Source of the DNA: Candidatus Saccharibacteria bacterium UBA1235
GTDB taxonomy: Bacteria > Patescibacteriota > Saccharimonadia > Saccharimonadales > Saccharimonadaceae
Length of the DNA stretch: 64,000 nucleotides
Reading direction: 5' to 3'
Assembly (NCBI GenBank): GCA_002309075.1
Contig: DBWP01000015.1
Location: forward strand, 1,612 to 65,611
Positions 47,183 through 55,297 of the stretch are shown one piece after another (position 1 is the stretch's first letter; every line of letters starts with the position of its first letter). Below the pieces are notes generated by a model that saw only the letters and a list, made by a program, of their open reading frames with translations, searched no databases and had not been told where the DNA came from. The translations under genes and the position numbers were made by a program.

Positions 47183-49360
47183 TTATTCAACTCCGATCAT
47201 CGAAAGCGATAATTTCCCTCTTTCATCAACCGCTACGAGTCTTACACGTATCTTGTCTCCAACATGCAAAACTTCGTCAACGCTTTTAAGTCGCTTCTTG
47301 TCCGTAATTTGCGAAATATGAAGCATCCCATCAACTCCTGGCATAATATTTACGAACGCGCCAAAATCCTTAATCGTCACAACCGTTCCTTCGTAAATTT
47401 TTCCAACTTCCGGCTCATCAATCAAAGAATGAATCCAATCTAGAGCTTTTTTAATACTCTCAGCGTTCGTGCCAGCCACTGTCACAAGCCCAGAATCTTC
47501 AATATCAACTTCCGCACCAGTTTCCGACGTAATCTTATTAATCGTTTCGCCGCCCTTGCCAATAATCATTCCGATCTTTTCCGGCTTCACCATCAATTTT
47601 TCAATTTGTGGCGCAAACTTAGAAATCTCCGCACGCGGCTTATCGATCACACTCATGATATGATCGAGGATAAACATTCGTCCTTCATGACTTTGCTTCA
47701 AGGCTTTTTCCATAATTTCAACTGGAAGGCCATGCACTTTCATGTCCATTTGGAGCGCAGTAATACCTTCAGTTGTACCAGTTACCTTAAAGTCCATATC
47801 ACCCGCAAAATCTTCCGCGTCCATAAGGTCCGTAAGAACATACGCCTTATCGATGTCTGAAGCTTCGATTGGCTGTCCCTTAGGAACATCCACCATAAGC
47901 CCCATCGCCACACCAGAAACTGGGCGCGAAATTGGCACACCTGCATCCATCAAAGCCATACAAGACGAACAAGTCGCAGCCATCGAAGTCGAACCATTTT
48001 GCGACATAATTTCAGTCACCGAACGAATCGCGTAAGGGAAATCTTCTTCAGAAGGAAGTACTGGAATCAAAGCTCTTTCCGCCAAATATCCGTGTCCAAT
48101 CTCACGACGTCCTGGCGAACCAATTCGTCCCGGCTCTCCAACCGTATAAGACGGCGCGTTATAATGATGCATATAGCGACGCTTTCCGTTCGTCACTTCC
48201 ATCGTATCGACTTCTTGCGCATAAGACAAAGGTGCAAGCGTCACAATATTCATCGCCTGTGTTACGCCACGCGTAAAGAGCGACGAACCATGCGTTCTTG
48301 GCAAAATCCCAACTTGCGAAGACAGAGGTCGTACTTCGTTTAATTTTCGTCCATCCGGACGCACGCCTTCCTCAACAATACCACGTCGAACTTCTTTATG
48401 AACGGCAAGTTCAAACGCCTGATCATAAACATCACGCAAATTCTCGTCATACCATTCAACTTTTTCGTTATCCGTCTCGCCCTGACCTTTAGACAATGCA
48501 AACTCATCATGCATCGCGTATTTAATATCATCGAGCATCTGCGCGCGTTCCATCACATTTCCACGAATCTTCGAGCCAAATTTGCTCGCCGTCCAGTTAG
48601 CAACTTCTTCTAAAATCGCTTCATCTGGCAAAACCAATTCATATTCCTGCTCTGGAGCCGCAACCTGCTTAGAAAGTTCGCGCTGTAAGTCCAAAACCGG
48701 CTGCACATTCGAAACTGCCCAATGCATCGCTTCTAGAATCGTCTCTTCAGGAACTTCTTTCGCGCCCGCCTCAACCATCATAATCTTGCCATCTTTGCAA
48801 GCCACCACAAGATCAAGCGGCGAAATTTCGCGCTCTTCTGGGCTTAAGAAGCCCTTAAATTCACCACCAATTCGTCCAATCCTAATTCCAGCAATTGGCC
48901 CGTCAAACGGCACACCCGCATTCATGAGCGCAGAAGACGCCGCAATCATCGCTACACAATCCGGCCTAAAATTCGGATCCATCGACAAAACCGTACAAAC
49001 CACCTGCACTTCCTGACGGTAGCCCTTCGGGAAAAGCGGGCGAATCGGTCGGTCAATTAACCGCCCCACAAGAACCGCCTCATCCGCCGGTTTTCCTTCA
49101 CGCTTAATAAATTTCGATCCACTAATTTTCCCCGCCGCATACCATTTTTCTTCATAATCAATCGATAACGGGAAGAAATCTTGTACTACTGGCTTCGTTC
49201 CAACTACTACCGACCCTAGAACCACTGTGTCACCATAAGTAACCAAAACACTAGACGTTGTTCTAAATCCAACCCGATTCACCTCAAGCGTCAATTTCCG
49301 CCCCAACCACTCCGTTGAAACCTGAATCGTCTTTTTTCCGTTCGGATTAATAATCTCCAT
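47183..49360 (-). CDS. pnp: Polyribonucleotide nucleotidyltransferase
   Basis: FFPLSIDYEEK, RLIDRPIRPLFP, RRE.GHG.LAERAL, SQNGSTSMA, DFAGDMDFKV, KH and S1 domains. Confidence 0.98.
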   Translation of the reverse strand: MEIINPNGKKTIQVSTEWLGRKLTLEVNRVGFRTTSSVLVTYGDTVVLGSVVVGTKPVVQDFFPLSIDYEEKWYAAGKISGSKFIKREGKPADEAVLVGRLIDRPIRPLFPKGYRQEVQVVCTVLSMDPNFRPDCVAMIAASSALMNAGVPFDGPIAGIRIGRIGGEFKGFLSPEEREISPLDLVVACKDGKIMMVEAGAKEVPEETILEAMHWAVSNVQPVLDLQRELSKQVAAPEQEYELVLPDEAILEEVANWTASKFGSKIRGNVMERAQMLDDIKYAMHDEFALSKGQGETDNEKVEWYDENLRDVYDQAFELAVHKEVRRGIVEEGVRPDGRKLNEVRPLSSQVGILPRTHGSSLFTRGVTQAMNIVTLAPLSYAQEVDTMEVTNGKRRYMHHYNAPSYTVGEPGRIGSPGRREIGHGYLAERALIPVLPSEEDFPYAIRSVTEIMSQNGSTSMAATCSSCMALMDAGVPISRPVSGVAMGLMVDVPKGQPIEASDIDKAYVLTDLMDAEDFAGDMDFKVTGTTEGITALQMDMKVHGLPVEIMEKALKQSHEGRMFILDHIMSVIDKPRAEISKFAPQIEKLMVKPEKIGMIIGKGGETINKITSETGAEVDIEDSGLVTVAGTNAESIKKALDWIHSLIDEPEVGKIYEGTVVTIKDFGAFVNIMPGVDGMLHISQITDKKRLKSVDEVLHVGDKIRVRLVAVDERGKLSLSMIGVE

Positions 49361-49376
49361 GAAAATATCCTTTCTT

Positions 49377-49423
49377 GGGAAAACTCCAGATATAAGCCCC
49401 TATCTCATATCTGCCGTCTTCCC
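49377..49423 (-). promoter_or_regulatory. Long hairpin in the pnp 5-prime leader
   Basis: GGGAAGAC/GUUUUCCC and CAGAUAUGAG/CUUAUAUCUG stems separated by a 2x2 loop; TGgTACAAT upstream. Confidence 0.7.
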
Positions 49424-49453
49424 CTTGTTAATGTTATATCTATTGTACCACAG

Positions 49454-49483
49454 CTTGACTTTTTTAGCAATCTGTGCTATAAT
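49454..49483 (+). promoter_or_regulatory. Promoter TTGACT-N17-TATAAT
   Basis: cttgacttttttagcaatctgtgctataat. Confidence 0.8.
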
Positions 49484-49544
49484 AAGAAAGATGGGGTAAT
49501 TCTGCCTCATCGAACTTTGAAATTCTCAGGGGAGGTGTAGTTAA

Positions 49545-50177
49545 TTGGACTACAGAGACGAAGATTTGTTGGAAGAAATGTTCGAAAAGTACGCAGATGA
49601 GTGCGAAGACGCTTTAAATATCGCTCTCGCACGAATCAAAAACGTAAAAAGCGCAATTGAGCGCGCCGGAGATGACAGCCATATTGATCTCCTTGCTAGT
49701 CGCATTAAAACCTTTGAATCGACAAAGGAGAAATGCGGACGCAGAGGGTATGATTTTAATATGAAGAGCATTAAGAAGAATGTTCGGGACATCGCCGGAA
49801 TCCGCATTATTACTGTTTTCAGAGACGAAATTTATTCTGTCGTGGAGATGCTTCATCATATTCCAGGACTGAACGTCGAAGACGAAACGGATTATGTGAA
49901 ATGCCCGAAGCAAAACGGCTACTCAAGCTACCATATGCACGTTTTGGTTGAAATCTACAATCCTATAGAGAATAGCACAAAGCTAATCCCTATCGAAATT
50001 CAGATTAGGAGTCAGAGCATGCACTACTGGGCTTCAGCGGAGCACAAGTTAAAGTACAAAAATAGCGACGCTGATCCAAGAGTGGCAGAATCATTCAAAA
50101 ACCTTGCTGATTCTTTAGCTAAATCGGACGAGATCGCAATTCAATTACGCGACGCGAACAAAGATTCTTCCAACTAA
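49545..50177 (+). CDS. Small alarmone synthetase (RelP/RelQ-like RelA_SpoT domain)
   Basis: RIK..ES..EK, DIAGIRII, DYV..PK.NGYSSYH, EIQIRS..MHYWASAEHKLKYK; TTG start after GGAGGTG. Confidence 0.9.
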   Translation: MDYRDEDLLEEMFEKYADECEDALNIALARIKNVKSAIERAGDDSHIDLLASRIKTFESTKEKCGRRGYDFNMKSIKKNVRDIAGIRIITVFRDEIYSVVEMLHHIPGLNVEDETDYVKCPKQNGYSSYHMHVLVEIYNPIENSTKLIPIEIQIRSQSMHYWASAEHKLKYKNSDADPRVAESFKNLADSLAKSDEIAIQLRDANKDSSN

Positions 50178-50178
50178 C

Positions 50179-50206
50179 AAAAACCCCGCTTCACGCGGGG
50201 ATTTTT
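50179..50206. terminator. Bidirectional terminator
   Basis: aaaaaccccgc-ttcac-gcgggg-attttt. Confidence 0.8.
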
Positions 50207-50217
50207 CTTTTCTAAAG

Positions 50218-50484
50218 TTATTTCCTAAGTCCGAGCTTAGCAACAGTCTTCTTATATAGCTCAAAGTTAGTCTCTTCGAGGTACTTAAGAAGTTTTTTAC
50301 GCTTCCCGACCATCTGCATGAGACCGCGTTTAGCCATAAAGTCATGTTTATTATTCTTAACGTGCTCAGTCACCTCTTTGATGCGAGCGGTAAGAATAGC
50401 CACTTGAACTTCAGGAGAACCAACATCGGCTTTGTTACGAGCGACACTGGCAATAGCTTTATCCTTATTCTCTTTTGTTATCAT
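50218..50484 (-). CDS. rpsO: 30S ribosomal protein S15
   Basis: DVGSPEVQVAILT.RI, H...NKHD, RGL..MVGKRKKLL.YL. Confidence 0.98.
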   Translation of the reverse strand: MITKENKDKAIASVARNKADVGSPEVQVAILTARIKEVTEHVKNNKHDFMAKRGLMQMVGKRKKLLKYLEETNFELYKKTVAKLGLRK

Positions 50485-50522
50485 ACCCCCATTATAACAC
50501 AGTTTTATGGTATAATCAAGAG

Positions 50523-51179
50523 ATGAATCCTGAAGACCGAATCATCTTAATCGATAAACCTGCTGGAATTTCCAGTTTTGGTGTCGTAGCTAAAGTTCGC
50601 GCAAGGCTCCGCGACGAATTTGGACATAAGGTTAAGGTCGGCCACACCGGAACACTCGACCCTTTCGCAACAGGCCTTCTAATTTTACTATCTGGCAAAA
50701 TGACTAAAAAATCGGGAGATTTCTTAAAACTTGACAAGGTTTACGAAGCAACCCTAAAGCTCGGTTACGTTTCTTCCACTGGCGATCCAGAAGGAGAGAT
50801 TCAAGAATATCCAAGCGAAGGGCCAGAAGATGAGCGTTCCGAGAAAGACGTATCTCTGGTGCTTAACAGCTTCGTTGGTGAAATTGAACAAACTCCCCCT
50901 CGTTTTAGCGCTATCAAAATTAATGGTGAGCGCGCTTATAAACTAGCCCGGAAAGGTAAAGATTTTGAGATCCCTTCCCGTAAAGTCACCATATATAGCA
51001 TTGAAATTTTGGACTATAATTATCCTGAATTAAAAATCCGCTGTCATGTTAGTTCTGGTACATATATTCGGACTCTCGCCGAAGACATCGGCAAAAAACT
51101 CGGAACCGGCGCTTATCTAACATCGCTTCGTCGTCTCAAAATCGCAAACTACGACGTAAAAGATGCTTCTGTGCTATAA
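50523..51179 (+). CDS. truB: tRNA pseudouridine(55) synthase TruB
   Basis: DKPAG.SSF, KVGHTGTLDPFATG, Q.PP.FSAIK..G.RAY, SSGTYIRTL. Confidence 0.97.
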   Translation: MNPEDRIILIDKPAGISSFGVVAKVRARLRDEFGHKVKVGHTGTLDPFATGLLILLSGKMTKKSGDFLKLDKVYEATLKLGYVSSTGDPEGEIQEYPSEGPEDERSEKDVSLVLNSFVGEIEQTPPRFSAIKINGERAYKLARKGKDFEIPSRKVTIYSIEILDYNYPELKIRCHVSSGTYIRTLAEDIGKKLGTGAYLTSLRRLKIANYDVKDASVL

Positions 51180-51186
51180 TTAGGTT

Positions 51187-51792
51187 ATGTTAGTTTATGC
51201 ATCAAAGTTAATTGGCGCTCCAATTCTCAGCATGCAATCTGCTGGCCCGATCGGAGTTATTACTGATCTCGTCGTAGACCCAAATACTCTTAAAATTCTC
51301 GCTTTTCGCATTAAAGGTCCGCTCGTTAAAACTGCAAATATTCTTGATGTAAAATCCGTCCGAGAATATTCTAAATATGGTTGCGTCGTGGATTCAATTG
51401 ACGAACTCGTCGAAAAAGGCGATATTATAAAAGTTAGTGAAATTATTGATCTTAATTTTGATTTAAATGGCCTTAAAGTTGAAACTAAAAAGAAAACTAA
51501 ACTCGGCCACGTCATTGATTTTACCGTCACTTCAGAAGATTTTAACGTAAAGCAAATTATCGTAAAACGCCCGCTTGTCAAAAGTTTTCTTGATTCTGAG
51601 CTTATTATCCCACGTAGCGAAATTACCGAAGTCACCGATTATAAAATAATCGTAAAAGACGAAGAAAAAACTATTAAAGAAAAAGCTGAAACAACCGAAT
51701 TTGTGCCAAATTTTGTCAATCCTTTTCGTAAGACCGAACCAGCTCACTCGCCAGCTGCCACGCAAACCCCTGCCGACACAGATATTGAGTAA
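51187..51792 (+). CDS. Tandem PRC-barrel domain protein
   Basis: Two PRC-barrel-like repeats (GVITDLVVDP; GHVIDF.V). Confidence 0.7.
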   Translation: MLVYASKLIGAPILSMQSAGPIGVITDLVVDPNTLKILAFRIKGPLVKTANILDVKSVREYSKYGCVVDSIDELVEKGDIIKVSEIIDLNFDLNGLKVETKKKTKLGHVIDFTVTSEDFNVKQIIVKRPLVKSFLDSELIIPRSEITEVTDYKIIVKDEEKTIKEKAETTEFVPNFVNPFRKTEPAHSPAATQTPADTDIE

Positions 51793-52474
51793 GTTTTTCG
51801 TCATCATATTTTGCGCGTTTTTTCGCAATTATTTTTAAAATTTCCTCTTCGTCGCTTCTGCCAGAATCTCGTAAGACTTCCTCAATAATATCTTTTGAGA
51901 TTCCTTTTTTCAAAAGTTCCATTTTAAGACGCTTCTGGCTCACTCCTTTTTTAACAAACCGATTTTCAACATACCATTCTGCAAACTTAAAATCATCTAT
52001 ATAGCCATGAGACTTGAGACGTTCTATGATTCTTAATGAAAACTCAGAAACGTCTATCGAGGAGCTTTCGCGACCAACGGGGAGCGAGTGAAAGCCGGCT
52101 CGCCCGTAACGACGGGCCGAGCCAAGCGTCTCCGAGATAGATGTTCTGAGTTTTTTATATAAATAATCGCTGAGTTCTTTTTCACTTCGCGGCCGCAAGA
52201 GAACCCACTCTAATGCTCTTTGGTATAATTTTCCAAATTCTGAAGCTTTTTTGTATTCTAAAAGCTCTTCCTCAGAAATTATTGATCCAACTTTTAATTT
52301 AAAATCCACAACTTGCGTAAGGTCAAGCGAAAATTCATATTTAGAATTTATGAAAACATTTACCCGATTTGGATTTTTTATTCCCTGCTTTAAGTTCGTA
52401 ATTTGAAGCTCCTGAGATTTTTCAAAATCACTAGAGCCTTCCTGAATTTTCTCGCCTAATTTATAAATTTCCAT
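51716..52474 (-). CDS. recX: Regulatory protein RecX with in-frame palindromic insertion
   Basis: RALEWVLLRPRSEKEL, GYIDD.KFA..YV, L..EL.KKGI, YL.RQGF; located downstream of recA. Confidence 0.9.
   Translation of the reverse strand: MEIYKLGEKIQEGSSDFEKSQELQITNLKQGIKNPNRVNVFINSKYEFSLDLTQVVDFKLKVGSIISEEELLEYKKASEFGKLYQRALEWVLLRPRSEKELSDYLYKKLRTSISETLGSARRYGRAGFHSLPVGRESSSIDVSEFSLRIIERLKSHGYIDDFKFAEWYVENRFVKKGVSQKRLKMELLKKGISKDIIEEVLRDSGRSDEEEILKIIAKKRAKYDDEKLTQYLCRQGFAWQLASELVRSYEKD
52039..52154 (+). repeat. In-frame palindromic element in recX (116 nt, antisense to the gene)
   Basis: Arms aaaactcagaaacgtctatc and gatagatgttctgagtttt; core gctcgcccgtaacgacgggccgagc. Confidence 0.9.
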
Positions 52475-53018
52475 GTTGCAAAAACCATTCTTTAAGACAC
52501 TTAAAAGTCAAACTATCTTTTTTAAGCGGCGCTTTTGCATATTTTTCACGAAATTCATCCGTTTCATCAAAAGAAATCCATCTAACTTCAGAAACTTCTT
52601 CATCATTAAAATGGAAATTTTCTTCTTTTCCAGTAAAATCAACCGCATAAACCCACGCGAAACGATTCTTATTAAACGGACGCATCGTCACGAAATTCAA
52701 ATCTTCTTCCGAAATAATTGTCCCAATTTCTTCTCGGGTTTCTCTCACCGCCGCCTGAACCACAGATTCACCTAAATTAACATGTCCACCCGCCGAAATG
52801 TCATAATCTCCTGGAAAACGATCGACTTTTTCTGAACGCCTTTGCCATAGAAGCTCTAGTTCCCCCTCAGAATTTTTTCGATACAAAAACACCACAGCCA
52901 CCCCAACAATCGCGCTCGAACCACTTTTTTCTGGGTTATCTAAAGCCGAATCCCATGAAGAACCGGGGATTGGTTCCCCATTCGGAGCATAAACTTGCCA
53001 AGCCTCATCTTTATGCAT
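52461..53018 (-). CDS. NUDIX hydrolase
   Basis: SAGGHVNLGES...AAVRETREEIG Nudix box. Confidence 0.9.
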   Translation of the reverse strand: MHKDEAWQVYAPNGEPIPGSSWDSALDNPEKSGSSAIVGVAVVFLYRKNSEGELELLWQRRSEKVDRFPGDYDISAGGHVNLGESVVQAAVRETREEIGTIISEEDLNFVTMRPFNKNRFAWVYAVDFTGKEENFHFNDEEVSEVRWISFDETDEFREKYAKAPLKKDSLTFKCLKEWFLQHGNL

Positions 53019-53026
53019 ATCAATTT

Positions 53027-54049
53027 CTAGGCTTCCGCCGCCGCTTTCTCGCGGACTTGTTTTTCAATTTCCGCCATTAATTCCGGTTTTTCTTTAAACA
53101 ATTTCTTCACAGCCTCACGACCTTGTCCTAAAGTCTCGCCGTTGTATTTAATAAATGCACCCGCCTTATCTAGGATTCCATATTGCACGCCAAGATCCAA
53201 AACATCACCCGTCTTTGAAATGCCTTCGTTATACATAATATCAAATTCCGCCGTTCTAAATGGCGCCGCAATTTTATTTTTTACAACCTTAATTTTTGTC
53301 CTGTTTCCAGAAATATTTTCGCCTTCTTTAATCTGGCCAATTCGGCGAATATCAACTCTTACCGAAGCATAAAACTTCAAGGCGTTACCGCCTGTTGTGG
53401 TTTCTGGATTTCCGAACATCACGCCAATCTTCATGCGAATTTGGTTAATAAAGATTACTGTAGCTTTAGATTTAGAAATAATACCAGTAAGTTTTCGCAT
53501 CGCCTGCGACATAAGCCGCGCTTGAAGTCCCATTTGCGCATCACCCATTTCCCCATCAATTTCCGCTTGTGGAACCAACGCCGCAACCGAGTCAACCACA
53601 ATCAAATCCACCGCGTTTGACCTAACCAAAGTTTCACAAATTTCGAGCGCTTGTTCGCCGTTATCCGGCTGAGAAATTAACAAATTCGCTGTATCGACGC
53701 CAATTTTCTTCGCATAAGCTGGGTCGAGGGCATGCTCCGCATCAATAAACGCCGCCTGGCCGCCTTGTTTCTGAATTTCTGCAATTGCATGAAGCGCCAA
53801 AGTTGTCTTACCAGAAGACTCTGGCCCATAAATCTCGATAATGCGCCCCTTCGGGTAACCACCTCCAAGCGCAAGATCTAGCGCTAAAGAACCAGACGGC
53901 AAAAGTTCGACATCCATCTTTGGCGTCTCGCCAAGTTTCATAATCGAACCATCACCAAACTGCTTCGTAATTTGAGCAATCGCAAGCTTTAGAGCTTCGT
54001 TCTTTCCGTCATTTTTATTATCTTCCACCACCGCGTCTTTCTTTGCCAT
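53027..54049 (-). CDS. recA: Recombinase RecA
   Basis: [46 protein letters not shown]. Confidence 0.99.
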   Translation of the reverse strand: MAKKDAVVEDNKNDGKNEALKLAIAQITKQFGDGSIMKLGETPKMDVELLPSGSLALDLALGGGYPKGRIIEIYGPESSGKTTLALHAIAEIQKQGGQAAFIDAEHALDPAYAKKIGVDTANLLISQPDNGEQALEICETLVRSNAVDLIVVDSVAALVPQAEIDGEMGDAQMGLQARLMSQAMRKLTGIISKSKATVIFINQIRMKIGVMFGNPETTTGGNALKFYASVRVDIRRIGQIKEGENISGNRTKIKVVKNKIAAPFRTAEFDIMYNEGISKTGDVLDLGVQYGILDKAGAFIKYNGETLGQGREAVKKLFKEKPELMAEIEKQVREKAAAEA

Positions 54050-54205
54050 ATAAGTATTACCTTTCTATGATTATTATATAATATTTTTTGCTTAGAGAAT
54101 AGAGGCATTTTTTTAATTCTCTGCCCACCTTCTAGCATGGGGCAAATTATTTTTCAACCCCCCACCTTTCTACCCCTGTTCTTAAAAATATGGTATAATG
54201 GAAAA

Positions 54206-55297
54206 ATGAAGATTTTGGAAAATGTTTTATTAAAAAATCTTACGACCATGCGGCTCGGTGGCCCTGCAAAATTTGTTATTGAAATTGAAAAACCTGAAGA
54301 AATTAAAGCCGCCCACGAATTTGCGCTTGAGAAAAACTTACCTATTTTTGTTCTCGGCGGCGGCGCTAATACTATCGCAAAAGACGAGGGTTTTAACGGC
54401 GTCATCATCAAAAACGTCATGAAAGGTATCGAGGCTACGGACAGTGTTTTCGCGCAAACATTGCGACTAACGAGGAGCTTGTCGAGCGAGCCCCGTAACG
54501 ACGGGCGCGAGCGAGACGGTTTGCGCGAAAATACTTCCGTAATCATTACCGCTCTGGGCGGTACCGAATGGGACGCCGTTGTAGAATTCGCCTGTAACAA
54601 AGGCTTAACCGGTATCGAAGCCCTCTCCAAAATCCCTGGTCTCACTGGAGCTGCCCCTGTTCAAAACATCGGCGCCTATGGCCAAGATATCTCCGATACT
54701 TTCGTTTCCGCCGAAGTTTACGATTTTAAAGAAAAAACTTTTAAAACCCTAAAAAAGTCCGATTTTGGCTTTTCTTACCGTAAATCTATTCTAAATTCCT
54801 CCGAAAAAGGTCGCTATTTCGTAATTTCTATTGCTCTGGAGCTAAAAAAAGGCGAAATGAAACGCCCGTTTTATAATTCCATTGAAAAATACATCGAAGA
54901 AAATAATATTTCTGATTTTAGTCCGCTAAAAATCCGCGAAATTGTCTCTAAAATCCGCGCCGATAAATTACCAGACCCAAAATTCGAAGCTAGCGCCGGC
55001 TCTTTCTTCAAAAATATCTATCTATCCGAAGAAGAGGCAAAGCTCGCCGAAGAAAAGGGTCTCCCTGTTTATCATGGCCACGACGGATATAAAATCAATT
55101 CCGGCTGGCTCATCGAAAGCGCCGGTTTATCTGGTAAACTTCTTCATGGCTTTCGTGTAAACGAAAAAGCTGCCCTTGTTTTGATTAACGAATCTGCTAA
55201 AAGTTATGCTGATTTAGCCTCTGCCCGCGCCGAAATTATCACCGCTGTCAAAGAAAAATTCGGCTACACATTAGAACAGGAGCCCGTCGAACTATGA
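54206..55297 (+). CDS. murB: UDP-N-acetylenolpyruvoylglucosamine reductase with in-frame palindromic insertion
   Basis: TTMRLGG.A, GGGAN, IPG..GAAPVQNIGAYG, SAGSFFKN, LEQEP; start after TGGTATAAT-N6. Confidence 0.95.
   Translation: MKILENVLLKNLTTMRLGGPAKFVIEIEKPEEIKAAHEFALEKNLPIFVLGGGANTIAKDEGFNGVIIKNVMKGIEATDSVFAQTLRLTRSLSSEPRNDGRERDGLRENTSVIITALGGTEWDAVVEFACNKGLTGIEALSKIPGLTGAAPVQNIGAYGQDISDTFVSAEVYDFKEKTFKTLKKSDFGFSYRKSILNSSEKGRYFVISIALELKKGEMKRPFYNSIEKYIEENNISDFSPLKIREIVSKIRADKLPDPKFEASAGSFFKNIYLSEEEAKLAEEKGLPVYHGHDGYKINSGWLIESAGLSGKLLHGFRVNEKAALVLINESAKSYADLASARAEIITAVKEKFGYTLEQEPVEL
54436..54541 (+). repeat. In-frame palindromic element in murB (106 nt)
   Basis: 23-bp terminal stem with one bulge and one G-T pair; core cccgtaacgacgggc. 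Confidence 0.9.

Noticed and set aside
54050-54136. LexA box upstream of recA
   Set aside because: No match to CGAAC-N4-GTTCG or CTGT-N8-ACAG was found.
20671-54205. Long N-terminal extensions given by the ORF track for clpP, clpC, gpmI, FISUMP-2, ftsH, truB and murB
   Set aside because: The extensions translate promoter or RBS DNA (CYN/WYN corresponds to TGnTATAAT); homology begins at the downstream start.
45440-54541. Group I/II introns or inteins as the explanation of the lepA, recX and murB inserts
   Set aside because: At 106-120 nt they are far too short and lack intron core or intein terminal motifs. Excision by an unknown route is not excluded.
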